A stretch of DNA of 64,000 nt from an uncultured Actinomycetota bacterium. GTDB lineage: Bacteria > Actinomycetota > Acidimicrobiia > Spongiisociales > UBA4744. Below the pieces are notes generated by a model that did not search any database, had not been told where the DNA came from, and saw only the letters and a program-made list of their open reading frames with translations. Where the stretch lies: positions 133,513-197,512 of the forward strand of contig CAVRPP010000007.1 of assembly GCA_963723165.1 (NCBI GenBank), read 5' to 3'. Below are positions 1 through 8,980 of this stretch, piece after piece (the first letter of the stretch is position 1; every line of letters starts with the position of its first letter). The position numbers and the translations under genes were made by a program.

Positions 1-866
1 TCGGCAAGTCGTACGTAGCGATGGAGAATCAAGGCAATCCCTGGGGTCTGAGTCAGGCGGCCCGTGCCGATTGGGCCAAAGCGCTCGACATTGATGTGAG
101 GATCCTGGGCGAAGATGGCGTCGATTCCGCCGAGTACCTGTACTGGGTCGGATGCGCCGGTTCCTTTGACGATCGCAACGTGAAGGTGACTCAGTCGATT
201 GCCCGGCTCTTGACCGAAGCCGGGATCGACTACGCAATTCTCGGCCCGAAGGAGCAGTGCACGGGCGACCCGGCCCGACGGTCGGGCAACGAGTACCTCT
301 TCCAGCAGCTGGCGTTGACCAACATTCAGACACTCAACGACCTCGGCGTGAAGAAGGTCATCACCCAGTGCCCGCATTGTTTCAACACACTCAAGAACGA
401 ATACCCTCAGCTCGGGGGAGACTATGAAGTGCTTCACCACAGTCAGCTGCTCATGTCTCTGGTGAACGAGGGTCGTCTCGCGGCTGCAGCGACAGGCGAG
501 AAGAAGAAGATCACCTACCACGATCCGTGCTACCTGGGCAGGCACAACGATATCTTCGTAGCGCCCCGGTCGGTTATCGCCTCCATCGGAGGCGTAGACC
601 TGGTCGAAATGGAACGCTGCGGCAACGAATCGTTCTGCTGTGGTGCGGGCGGTGCACAGTTCTGGATGGAGGAGCAGATCGGCAAGAAGGTCAGCGTGGA
701 GCGGGCCGGTGAGGCCATCGGGACCGGGGCCGACGAGGTGGCCGTCGGCTGTCCCTTCTGTTACATCATGATCGACGACGGGGTCAAAGAATTGGGCCGC
801 GGCGACGATGTGAAAGTGCGAGACCTTGCCGAGATCCTCGCCGAGCAGGTCTTTGAAGCCGACTGA
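1..866 (+). CDS. (Fe-S)-binding oxidoreductase with two cysteine-rich CCG domains (HdrD/GlcF/LutA-like). C-terminal part only; the 5' end lies outside the window.
   Basis: ORF 21..866 is open to the window start in frame. Motifs CPHCFNT, DPCYLGRHN, CCGAGG and GCPFCY are typical of CCG domains. Confidence 0.7.
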   Translation, partial: GKSYVAMENQGNPWGLSQAARADWAKALDIDVRILGEDGVDSAEYLYWVGCAGSFDDRNVKVTQSIARLLTEAGIDYAILGPKEQCTGDPARRSGNEYLFQQLALTNIQTLNDLGVKKVITQCPHCFNTLKNEYPQLGGDYEVLHHSQLLMSLVNEGRLAAAATGEKKKITYHDPCYLGRHNDIFVAPRSVIASIGGVDLVEMERCGNESFCCGAGGAQFWMEEQIGKKVSVERAGEAIGTGADEVAVGCPFCYIMIDDGVKELGRGDDVKVRDLAEILAEQVFEAD

Positions 867-1005
867 GGTTCCTCGCGCGTTCCGCGTTCGTAGCCGCACC
901 GCTGGTGACTAGTCACGAAACAGGTTTCCCTGATTGATACCCTCAGCGACGTGACGAACGCAGAGAGTAGCGGTAGGGTTCGATCTGTTGGAGCTGGGAG
1001 GCTCA

Positions 1006-1293
1006 ATGGCTCGCATCATCAATTGCAAAAAGGGACTGCACAACTACTCGTCGGCCGGTGAGGTAGGCGGAGGGATCGCCCGTCGCAGTTGCTTCGAGTG
1101 CGGCCAGGTACAGATCGATTTGAGTGGTTCGGCAGGCGTTGCCGACACCGACTTGTTCACCGAAACCAAGCTGGCCTCGATTTTCGAGGTGGAAGCCCTC
1201 CTGGCCAAAGTCGCCACCGCCCCCGTTGAGGTACGCCGCGCTTTTGGGGAAGCTCCGGCCAGAAGGCGCCGGCCTGCCCGGGCAGCCGGGTAA
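1006..1293 (+). CDS. Hypothetical small Cys-containing protein
   Basis: ATG is preceded by GGGAGG. CxxC-like pairs (INCKKG, SCFECGQ). No family recognised. Confidence 0.35.
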   Translation: MARIINCKKGLHNYSSAGEVGGGIARRSCFECGQVQIDLSGSAGVADTDLFTETKLASIFEVEALLAKVATAPVEVRRAFGEAPARRRRPARAAG

Positions 1294-1388
1294 AGAACAG
1301 TCAGTCTTGCACGGGAGGAGGGCGGCCCCACGGGCCGCCCTTCACGATCTGCCGGCGTCGCCGACCCGGATCGGTCGGTGGCCCATAT

Positions 1389-2861
1389 TCACGGGCCGGC
1401 TCGCCAGACGACTCCAGACCGTGGGGGGACCGTCATCTGTAGCAGCCGACCGTCCCTGCGGATCTCACCGGCTCCCCAGAGAGCCTCGAGGTGTTCTCCG
1501 CCGGTGGGGTTCTGCACAGAAGCGGTTGCCGCTTTCTGGCCTGCGTTGACGGCCACGACCAATTGCTCGTGTCCGGCTTCCCGGACGAACGCATAGAGGT
1601 CCGACCCCTGCGGGGCGGACAATTTCCGGTAGGAACCATGCGGCAAAGCAGCGTGGGTTTTTCGGAGCGCAATCAGCGTGCGGTAGGTGTCCAGGATTCG
1701 CTGGTTCCAAGACTCTTTCTTCTCCCACGGGAACGAGCCACGCGATCCCGGTTCCTTGCCGCCGGTCATTCCGATTTCGTCGCCGTAATAGACGCACGGT
1801 GCGCCAGGATGTGTGAACAACAGCAAAGCCGCCAGCACGACGGAGTCCACATCACCGCCGGCCACCGTCAAAGACCGGGCCGTGTCATGGGATCCGAGCA
1901 GATTGAGGTTTGATTTCACGGTGTGGTCGGGGTAGATCGTGAGGAGCCATTCCACGGTGTCGCCGTATCCGGCTGCGTCGATCGGGGGCGCGACCGGGTG
2001 GTCGACGTTCTCGGAGAGTCCGGGATCAACGCGATCTCCGGCTACAAAGGCGAGTGTTTTCCCGGCGAATATGTAGTTCATGGCGGCGTCGAATCGATCA
2101 CCCGGGTTGAGCCAGGCTCTGGCATCGCCCCAGATCTCGCCGACCAGATACGCATCGGGGTTGATCGCCCTCACCCGGGCGCGGAACTCTTCCCAGAACC
2201 CGGCCGTCTTGATTTCGTACGGAACGTCCAGCCGCCAGCCGTCGATTCCCCAACTGGTCCAATACTCGGCGACCTGCATGAGGTACTCACGGGCGTCCGG
2301 GTGCTCAGTATTGAACGTGGGGAGGGCCGGGTTTCCCCACCAGGCGTGGTAGTTGGCAGGCAGTCCGGCCCGATACGGGTTGAGTGGCAACCCGGTGATG
2401 GTGAACCACTCCAACCACGGAGAGTCGACTCCGTTCTCGAGGATGTCGTTGAATTGGCAGAAGCCGCGACTGGCGTGATTGAAGACCCCGTCGAGAATGA
2501 CTCGTATCCCGCGCTCGTGGCAGGCGGCCAGCAACGCGCGGAACGCTTCATCGCCGCCGAGCAAGGGGTCGACCCGGTAATAGTCGTGCGTGTGATAGCG
2601 GTGGTTGGACGCAGACTGGAAGATGGGGTTGAGATAGATGGCGTTGATGCCGAGATCGGTCAGCCAGTCCAGCCGTTCAACCACCCCGACGAGGTCGCCG
2701 CCCTTGTACCCATGCCGGGTGGGCGGTGAATCCCACTCCTCCAGGTTCGTTGGCTTGGACACCTGCGGGGAGCGGGCGAACCGATCCGGGAAGATCTGAT
2801 AGAAGACGGCGTCGGCGGCCCAGGCCGGTGGCCGGTCGAGTGCAGTTCGGGCTTCGGACAT
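1389..2861 (-). CDS. Glycoside hydrolase family 13 (alpha-amylase family) protein
   Basis: 490 aa with GH13 signatures: DGVFNH, GWRLDV, EIWGD, LLGSHDT, YYGDEIGM. Confidence 0.9.
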   Translation of the reverse strand: MSEARTALDRPPAWAADAVFYQIFPDRFARSPQVSKPTNLEEWDSPPTRHGYKGGDLVGVVERLDWLTDLGINAIYLNPIFQSASNHRYHTHDYYRVDPLLGGDEAFRALLAACHERGIRVILDGVFNHASRGFCQFNDILENGVDSPWLEWFTITGLPLNPYRAGLPANYHAWWGNPALPTFNTEHPDAREYLMQVAEYWTSWGIDGWRLDVPYEIKTAGFWEEFRARVRAINPDAYLVGEIWGDARAWLNPGDRFDAAMNYIFAGKTLAFVAGDRVDPGLSENVDHPVAPPIDAAGYGDTVEWLLTIYPDHTVKSNLNLLGSHDTARSLTVAGGDVDSVVLAALLLFTHPGAPCVYYGDEIGMTGGKEPGSRGSFPWEKKESWNQRILDTYRTLIALRKTHAALPHGSYRKLSAPQGSDLYAFVREAGHEQLVVAVNAGQKAATASVQNPTGGEHLEALWGAGEIRRDGRLLQMTVPPRSGVVWRAGP

Positions 2862-2929
2862 TGGGCAGACTCTATCGACTCGCCGCCCGTCCGATCGTCA
2901 GTCACTGATGCCGGCTGCCTGCTCTTGGT

Positions 2930-3121
2930 TCAGGACTGAGCCACCTGGCCGCGCACTCGCGGAAAGCGTACCGGGGTGTGCAGGCGGCACGTCTGCCTGG
3001 CGTTGTAAGTCGAAAGCCGTGTATCGCAGTCCTTTTGGGCGCACACACGTCCTGCCTCATACGTCCCGGGCTTGCGGACGTATCCGCCTGCCTTCTTTGC
3101 CTTCAGGATGTCGCTCATCAT
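2930..3121 (-). CDS. Hypothetical small protein with zinc-ribbon-like Cys cluster
   Basis: Internal ATG (MMSDILKAKK...) of ORF 2930..3226. C-x4-C...C-x2-H pattern. Divergent from an AT-rich promoter region. Confidence 0.35.
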   Translation of the reverse strand: MMSDILKAKKAGGYVRKPGTYEAGRVCAQKDCDTRLSTYNARQTCRLHTPVRFPRVRGQVAQS

Positions 3122-3374
3122 GATCCTTTCAGAAATCCCATCGTCCACTGAGACGGTGAAGATCGTGTGAAGGGTTTCTGAGAATTGTCTAAGAATTGAG
3201 CGCAGCTCGCAACTCGCAAGAACCAAACCAAATTATTTGGCAGTTTGTGGCAGGTCTAAGTCACGGTCGGGTCTAGTGTCACTGCACCAAGGCAGCCGTC
3301 CTGGTGAAACGAAACAACATCGTCCATCCGGACAACGCGCCGGGGGATCTTGAGACGCAGGAGGCGTGGGAGTT

Positions 3375-4097
3375 ATGGGGATCAAGTACGCGAAGTCTCT
3401 TCTGGCGACGATCGTGGTGGCGCTTGTCGCCTCGGCGTGCAGTGGTGCGGACGACAACGCCGAGCCCACGGTACTCACCACCGTGACCGTGGCTCCTTCC
3501 GATGCTGGTGGTGCCGGCGGCGACGATCCGGCGCCCGAACCCGGAGGCAGCGATTCGGATGAACCATCGTCCGTTGATGAGGCGCCTCCGGCAGACGCGG
3601 GCGGGAGCGGTTCGGGTGGAGATGGCGTCATCCTGGCCGACGTCTGCTCGGACGGCCAGCCGGTGAACGGTGCGGTCTCCTTGGATGACCTGGTGACTTT
3701 CGGCCTTTTCGCTTCCAACGAAGCAACGGTTGAGGGCAACGGTGCCTATGACGCTTCGACCTATGGTCTATTCGGATTCCTGTGCAACATCACGGAAGTC
3801 GGCGGCCAGGAGAACTTCATCACGATTGGCGTGAGCGATGGGAGCGGAGTTTGGGACATTGCCGTTGGCAGCGGGCCGATCGAGCAGATCGGAGACTGGG
3901 AAGTGATCGTCGGGAGCAACTGGTTGTCCCCGTTGACAATGCGAACGACCGACAGCGCAGGGAATCAGGACAGCCTGTTCGTCACATGGGTTCCCGGCGA
4001 CGGCTCCATTCCCGACGCGGAAACCCTTGAGCGAGTGATGCGTCCGCTCGCCGAGGCCATGGCTACCCGGACCACCGTGAACATACCTCGGGGCTGA
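3375..4097 (+). CDS. Secreted lipoprotein, function unknown
   Basis: Signal peptide with lipobox LVASAC, followed by a low-complexity Asp/Gly/Ser-rich linker and a C-terminal globular region. ATG at 3375 is better spaced from GGAGG than GTG at 3366. Confidence 0.6.
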   Translation: MGIKYAKSLLATIVVALVASACSGADDNAEPTVLTTVTVAPSDAGGAGGDDPAPEPGGSDSDEPSSVDEAPPADAGGSGSGGDGVILADVCSDGQPVNGAVSLDDLVTFGLFASNEATVEGNGAYDASTYGLFGFLCNITEVGGQENFITIGVSDGSGVWDIAVGSGPIEQIGDWEVIVGSNWLSPLTMRTTDSAGNQDSLFVTWVPGDGSIPDAETLERVMRPLAEAMATRTTVNIPRG

Positions 4098-4423
4098 CGC
4101 CGCGAAATGGGCGATCTCGCCTGCGAAGTGGTTTCCGGGGACATGGATCCTCCGGGATAATCGATCAGTGGCGATTCGGAGGCTGAGGCGCGGCCATCGT
4201 GCCGGGCCGGGGCGGGCTCTCGGGCCAACCAACGGGCGTCGAACATGTCGCGCACGACTTTCCCGGTGTCGACAACGTCGCGATCCAACCCAACGCCATC
4301 CGTCGAGAGGCGAGCACGGACCGCCGCGAATGTCGTGTTGCCCGGGACGGGCGGGCTGGAGCGACTACGAAATGGCCGAATCGCTCTACTGCTGCCGACT
4401 GCCTGACGACTAACCTCCGCGCC

Positions 4424-5233
4424 ATGGTGATCGGCTATCAAGGTGAGCGCTACTCATACAGCGACCGGGCATCCCGGGAGATGTTTCCGGACGGTGATCT
4501 GATCGGATATCCAAATTTCGTGGCAGCGTTCGCCGCGTTGGCGAACGGTGCAGTCGAACGACTAGTTCTCCCGATCGAGAACTCCACAACCGGGAGCGTG
4601 CTGGCCGTTCTCGATCGGCTGGTTGACGCCCCGGCCCGCATCGTCGCAGAACACCAGGTCGAAGTACGGCACGCCCTCCTGGGGTTGCCCGGAGCGTCGC
4701 TCGACGAAATCAAGCAGGTCCGTTCTCACCCCGAAGCGCTCTCGCAGGCCGAAGCAATAATCCAGGCCCGGGGTTGGCAACCGATACCAACTCATGACAC
4801 GGCGGGTGCGGTCCGGCAAACGGCCGAGCACCAGAACCCGGCTGAAGCGGCACTGGCACCGCCGGAGGCCGCTGGACCGCACAACCTCGAAGTATTGATG
4901 TCCGATGTGGTGGATCGAACCCACAACACCACACGGTTCGTTGTCTTGGCGGGAGGTCAACCGACCATCGCCGCCGAGGCCGATAAATCGAGCATGGCCT
5001 TCGAAACCCAGCATCGGCCGGGCGCGCTGGCCCTGGCGCTGACGGAACTCGGACTGCGCGGTGCCAACCTGACGCGAATCGAATCGCGCCCAACCGACAC
5101 CCCCTGGCGTTACCGCATGTTTGTCGATCTCATCCATCGGCCGGGCCCGGAAGGGTTTGCGGAGGTATTCAATCCGCTGCCCGGCTCGATGGCCGCGCTT
5201 CACCATCTCGGAACCTACCGGGCCGAGGTCTAA
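4424..5233 (+). CDS. pheA: Prephenate dehydratase
   Basis: Internal ATG of ORF 4199..5233. PDT domain (LPIENSTTGSV, TRF motif) plus C-terminal ACT domain (ESRP). Confidence 0.9.
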   Translation: MVIGYQGERYSYSDRASREMFPDGDLIGYPNFVAAFAALANGAVERLVLPIENSTTGSVLAVLDRLVDAPARIVAEHQVEVRHALLGLPGASLDEIKQVRSHPEALSQAEAIIQARGWQPIPTHDTAGAVRQTAEHQNPAEAALAPPEAAGPHNLEVLMSDVVDRTHNTTRFVVLAGGQPTIAAEADKSSMAFETQHRPGALALALTELGLRGANLTRIESRPTDTPWRYRMFVDLIHRPGPEGFAEVFNPLPGSMAALHHLGTYRAEV

Positions 5234-5280
5234 GAGGGGACGCCGGGTCCGCCTCGGTCCGCTGTTTCCCGGATCACCAC

Positions 5281-6333
5281 TCAATCGAGGTCCGCCGGGA
5301 ACAGTCGATGGAGGGGCTCCAGAAGCCTGACCATGTCGGAGCTCGGAGGGCCCGCCACCCGGGCAACATCGTGAATCTCCGGGAGGTGTGGCAGCAGTAC
5401 CTTGGGCTCCAGGCCCAGCCAGTGGCGGGCGGCACGGACGGTATCTTCCCGACGGTCGGCGGGTACACGGTTGAGGACCAGAGCGGGGAGCGGCGCCGCC
5501 CAGGCCTCGACGGTTGCCGCCGCTCTCACCAAACCCTTGGGAGTTGCCTCGCACGTCAGGATCCGGGAAGCGGCCCGATAGAGCAAAGGATCGTCCGGTT
5601 CGCTCACTCCGAGGTCGACGACGATGCGGTCGAAGGTTCCCTCCGCAGCCTGGATGACCTCGTTGATCAGTGCAGAGGTGAGGGGACCGGAGTGGCGAAT
5701 CGGCGGGCCGGCCAGGAGCGACAGCGGTCCTATCCGACGAACCTCGGAGGGGAATACTCCGGACAGCAAGACCGCGTCGGCTGCGTGTGCAACATCAGGA
5801 GCGGGCAGCACCCCCAGCCTCACGGAGAGCGAAGGTCCCTGCCGGTCCAGGTCGATCAACAGGGTCGACCGTTGCTCGGCGAGACCCCACGCCAGACTGA
5901 GAGCAATCTCGGAAATGCCGGGGGCACCTCGACCGCCCGTGACCGTGATCAAGCTGCCGGACCCGACGGGGGCCGGGGGCGGCTGCCGCAACGTTCGGAC
6001 GATGTGGAGGATGCGGTCCGGGGGCGTTGAGTCGGGGAGCACCTCATCGGCACCGCCGACCGTAAGCAAGCGGCGGCCCGGTCGGTCGCTGGGCGGATAC
6101 AACCCCAACACTGCCGACCCGCCGCTTCGCCATTTCTTGATCACCGTGGGAGTGACCCAGGCAGTTTCGGCTCCGGCGATAATCACGTCGAGCTCGCCGG
6201 TTCGACGATCGAGGTCGGACGGTTGATGGGCTCGCGCTACCAAACGGACCATGCTGGTCGAGCGTGCCATGTCCGCGAACGTGGACTCCCAGGGGCGGGC
6301 AGAGAGAACGGTGGCGACCCGCGGACGGGTCAT
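5281..6333 (-). CDS. CpaE/TadZ-like (ParA/MinD superfamily) protein with degenerate Walker A; Ssd-like helicase/secretion-neighbourhood CpaE-like family
   Basis: Start MTRPRVATVLS sits at an ATGA overlap with the upstream gene. N-terminal receiver-like region, then TVTGGRGAPGIS in place of GGKGGVGKT, then a MinD-like fold. Confidence 0.7.
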   Translation of the reverse strand: MTRPRVATVLSARPWESTFADMARSTSMVRLVARAHQPSDLDRRTGELDVIIAGAETAWVTPTVIKKWRSGGSAVLGLYPPSDRPGRRLLTVGGADEVLPDSTPPDRILHIVRTLRQPPPAPVGSGSLITVTGGRGAPGISEIALSLAWGLAEQRSTLLIDLDRQGPSLSVRLGVLPAPDVAHAADAVLLSGVFPSEVRRIGPLSLLAGPPIRHSGPLTSALINEVIQAAEGTFDRIVVDLGVSEPDDPLLYRAASRILTCEATPKGLVRAAATVEAWAAPLPALVLNRVPADRREDTVRAARHWLGLEPKVLLPHLPEIHDVARVAGPPSSDMVRLLEPLHRLFPADLD

Positions 6334-6635
6334 GTGCTGGTCGATTGGATGACAACGATGTGCGCCAGGGCAAGGCACATGGTGATGCGGTTTGTCAGGA
6401 GGATCACGTGATCCACCCCGACGGCCGCGATGGTGCCGGTCCTGGTCTCGCCGTCGATGGTGGTGACCCGGACGGCTTCGTCCCGATCCTCGGCGTCCAG
6501 CAATCGATCGCGGATGGTGCTTCGTCGTCGCAACGTGATGGCCGCAGCCTCTTGCTCGGCGTTCAGGACCTCGGCCAGCTGCAGCCGCAAGCGGCGGGAG
6601 ATCTCGATGAGGTCGGGATGTTGTAGCGGATCCAT
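6330..6635 (-). CDS. Hypothetical protein translationally coupled to the CpaE-like gene
   Basis: RBS AAGGTG upstream of ATG at 6635. Stop overlaps the downstream start as ATGA. AT-rich promoter region upstream. Confidence 0.5.
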   Translation of the reverse strand: MDPLQHPDLIEISRRLRLQLAEVLNAEQEAAAITLRRRSTIRDRLLDAEDRDEAVRVTTIDGETRTGTIAAVGVDHVILLTNRITMCLALAHIVVIQSTST

Positions 6636-6770
6636 CGCACCTTAGAATATTGTCGAATACTCTCATCAAACGATAACTTCACACTATTCGATCGACAACT
6701 GATCCGTTCTGTTTTGTTTCGCGCCCCGGGTCCCTTGCTCATCTGCGCTGGTTCCCATAGCCTGGGGCCG

Positions 6771-6992
6771 ATGGACTGGATCGACGTCAACATCCCCAAG
6801 GAATGGCTTTCAGTAGCCGACATTTGCGAATACATGGATGTGTCTCCCTTCGTGGTCACCAGCGTGTTGCGAAGCGGCCGCCTGCCCGCGGTGAAATTCG
6901 GCCGGGAGTGGCGGGTCGCCCGGAAGGACTTTGAGGTGTGGCTCAACGAGGAACGCGCCAGAGCGGTGAGCCTGGAAGAGCCTCAGCACTGA
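6771..6992 (+). CDS. Excisionase-family (MerR-like) helix-turn-helix DNA-binding protein
   Basis: LSVADICEYMDVSPFVVTSVLRSGRLPAVKFGREWRV matches the excisionase-family HTH. Divergent from the CpaE-like operon. Confidence 0.55.
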   Translation: MDWIDVNIPKEWLSVADICEYMDVSPFVVTSVLRSGRLPAVKFGREWRVARKDFEVWLNEERARAVSLEEPQH

Positions 6993-7011
6993 ACCCTCGG
7001 AGTAACGTGAC

Positions 7012-7296
7012 GTGATGACGACTACGCCGCGCCACGACCAGGTCGGAGACACCCGGGTTGATCTGGATCGACCCTGGAACGTTGTCGTGTGGAACGACCC
7101 GGTCAATCTCATGACTTACGTCGCGTATGTGTTCAGGAAGCTTTTCGGTTTCTCCAAGGAGAAGGCGACCCGGCTGATGCTGCAAGTGCACAACGAAGGC
7201 AGGGCGATAGTCGCCACCGGTCCCCGCGAGAAGATGGAAATGGACTGCTTCCGACTTCACCGGCACGGCTTGTGGGCCACGATGGAACGAGTATGA
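7012..7296 (+). CDS. clpS: ATP-dependent Clp protease adaptor ClpS
   Basis: [27 protein letters not shown]...LMLQVHNEG is the canonical ClpS core. Confidence 0.9.
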   Translation: MMTTTPRHDQVGDTRVDLDRPWNVVVWNDPVNLMTYVAYVFRKLFGFSKEKATRLMLQVHNEGRAIVATGPREKMEMDCFRLHRHGLWATMERV

Positions 7297-7763
7297 AGGG
7301 TCCCTTCCGGCTCGTGGCTGGTCAAGTTGAGCTGAGTCTGGATTCCCGGGAGGCCAATGCTCTGTTGGCCGTTCCCGACCTGCTCGATTCGGTCGGCGCC
7401 ACCGGTGTGGATCCCGGAGCCGATCGCCTGGACCAGGCTCCGTACCCGGATGACAAAGAGGCGGCCGCGGAATACCGGCGGCTGATGGCCGACGAGATGG
7501 CACAATCCCGGGCCGCCGATCGTTCGGCCTTTTCGCTCACGGTTGAGCAATCCCCTGGCGGCGTGACCCTTTCGGCCGGTGAGGGTGAAGCATGGTTGCG
7601 CGTCCTTGCCGAGGCGCGCCTGGTTCTTGCTTCGCGGATGGACATCAGCGAGGACGGATGGGAAGACGACCTCCATGAGGATGATCCGGCGGTGGCCCTC
7701 CTCCACTATTTGGGGTGGCTCCAGCAGTCGCTGGCGGAGACTCTTGAAAGCACCCTGTTGTGA
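7293..7763 (+). CDS. DUF2017 domain protein (ClpS-associated)
   Basis: ATGA overlap with the clpS stop. Acidic 156 aa protein. clpS followed by a DUF2017 gene is a conserved actinobacterial arrangement. Confidence 0.65.
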   Translation: MKGPFRLVAGQVELSLDSREANALLAVPDLLDSVGATGVDPGADRLDQAPYPDDKEAAAEYRRLMADEMAQSRAADRSAFSLTVEQSPGGVTLSAGEGEAWLRVLAEARLVLASRMDISEDGWEDDLHEDDPAVALLHYLGWLQQSLAETLESTLL

Positions 7764-8974
7764 TGGATCCGACGGTTGAGATCGATGTCCACGATATGGC
7801 GCACGGGGGTGAGGGTGTTGGTCGCCACGACGGCAAGGCCGTTTTTGTAGCCGGGGCCATTCCCGGCGAGCGAGTTCGCGTGACTCTCGTCACCGAGAAA
7901 AGGAACTGGGCCCGCGCCGATCTCGAAGAGGTGTTGACCCCGGTTTCGGCCAGGGCCGTGCCTCCCTGCCCGCACTTCGACGATTGCGGAGGGTGTCAGT
8001 GGCAGCACATGGCCAACGCCGAACAGCTGAAATGGAAGTCGGCGATCGTGGCCGGTCAGCTGCGTCACCTCGGCGGGGTTGTCAGGCCCGAAATCGCCCC
8101 GATCGTGAACTCGAGCGAGCCCTTTGGCTACCGCAACCGGATGACGTTCCACGTCGGGAACGGCCACCCCGGTCTGTATCGCCATCGCAGCAAACAGCTG
8201 GTTCCCATCTTCGCTTGCCTCTTGCTAGTCCCGGGTCTGAGGGAGTTGTACGGGCGGCTCGGCGACCTGTCGGGTGTGGATGAAATCACGCTGCGGATGG
8301 GCGTCACCACCGGAGAACGGGCTGTACTCATCCGTGGGCGGGTGCCCGAGCAGGCGGCGGAATGGAAGGCCTCCGTCGTCCGTCTGGCCGGCCGGCGATT
8401 CGAACCCGTGATCGGGCCACCCTCCATCCACGAGGCAGTCGGCGGCGTTCGCTTCAGGATCACCGGCCCGGCCTTCTTCCAGGTGAACACTGCCGGGGCC
8501 GAAACACTTGCCGAAATCGTTGGCGACGCTCTGCAACCCACCGGCTCAGACACGCTGCTCGACGCCTATGCCGGCGTCGGGCTGTTTTCTGCAACGGTCG
8601 GTAGGTCGGCGGGCAGGGTGATCGCAGTGGAATCGAGCGGAGTCGCCCTGGGCGACTTACGCCACAACCTGGGCGAGGCCGGGATTGCGAATCACGAGGT
8701 TGTGCGGGGGCGGTTCGAAGAGGTCGCCCCCGCTACATCATGGAGCATCGCGGTTTGCGACCCTCCCCGGACCGGGCTCGGCGAGCTTGGGGTCGCTGCT
8801 CTGGTGGGGGGAGCGCCGCGGCGCATCGCCTATGTCTCGTGCGACCCGGCCAGCCTGGCGCGAGACACACGAATGCTCGACGGGGCGGGTTATCGCTTGA
8901 AGAAGGTGACCCCGGTAGATCTGTTCCCGCAGACCTTTCACGTCGAAGCCGTGGCCGAATTCGAGCTCAAGTAG
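7763..8974 (+). CDS. TRAM-domain class I SAM-dependent RNA (uracil-5)-methyltransferase (RumA/RlmD-like)
   Basis: N-terminal TRAM domain, CPHFDDCGGCQWQH Fe-S cluster, SAM-binding fold and C-terminal catalytic CDPPR motif. Start overlaps the upstream stop. Confidence 0.85.
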   Translation: MDPTVEIDVHDMAHGGEGVGRHDGKAVFVAGAIPGERVRVTLVTEKRNWARADLEEVLTPVSARAVPPCPHFDDCGGCQWQHMANAEQLKWKSAIVAGQLRHLGGVVRPEIAPIVNSSEPFGYRNRMTFHVGNGHPGLYRHRSKQLVPIFACLLLVPGLRELYGRLGDLSGVDEITLRMGVTTGERAVLIRGRVPEQAAEWKASVVRLAGRRFEPVIGPPSIHEAVGGVRFRITGPAFFQVNTAGAETLAEIVGDALQPTGSDTLLDAYAGVGLFSATVGRSAGRVIAVESSGVALGDLRHNLGEAGIANHEVVRGRFEEVAPATSWSIAVCDPPRTGLGELGVAALVGGAPRRIAYVSCDPASLARDTRMLDGAGYRLKKVTPVDLFPQTFHVEAVAEFELK

Positions 8975-8980
8975 GCTCCT

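Noticed and set aside
3233-3739. Minus-strand ORF antisense to the lipoprotein gene
   Set aside because: Pro/Ser/Ala-rich low-complexity product with no start context. The plus-strand lipoprotein has a clean lipobox.
4562-5554. Minus-strand 330 aa ORF overlapping pheA
   Set aside because: Antisense to a gene with clear prephenate dehydratase homology. Low-complexity translation.
5308-6226. Plus-strand ORFs 5308..6030 and 5624..6226
   Set aside because: Antisense to the CpaE-like gene, which has recognisable ParA/MinD homology. Arg/Gly-rich translations.
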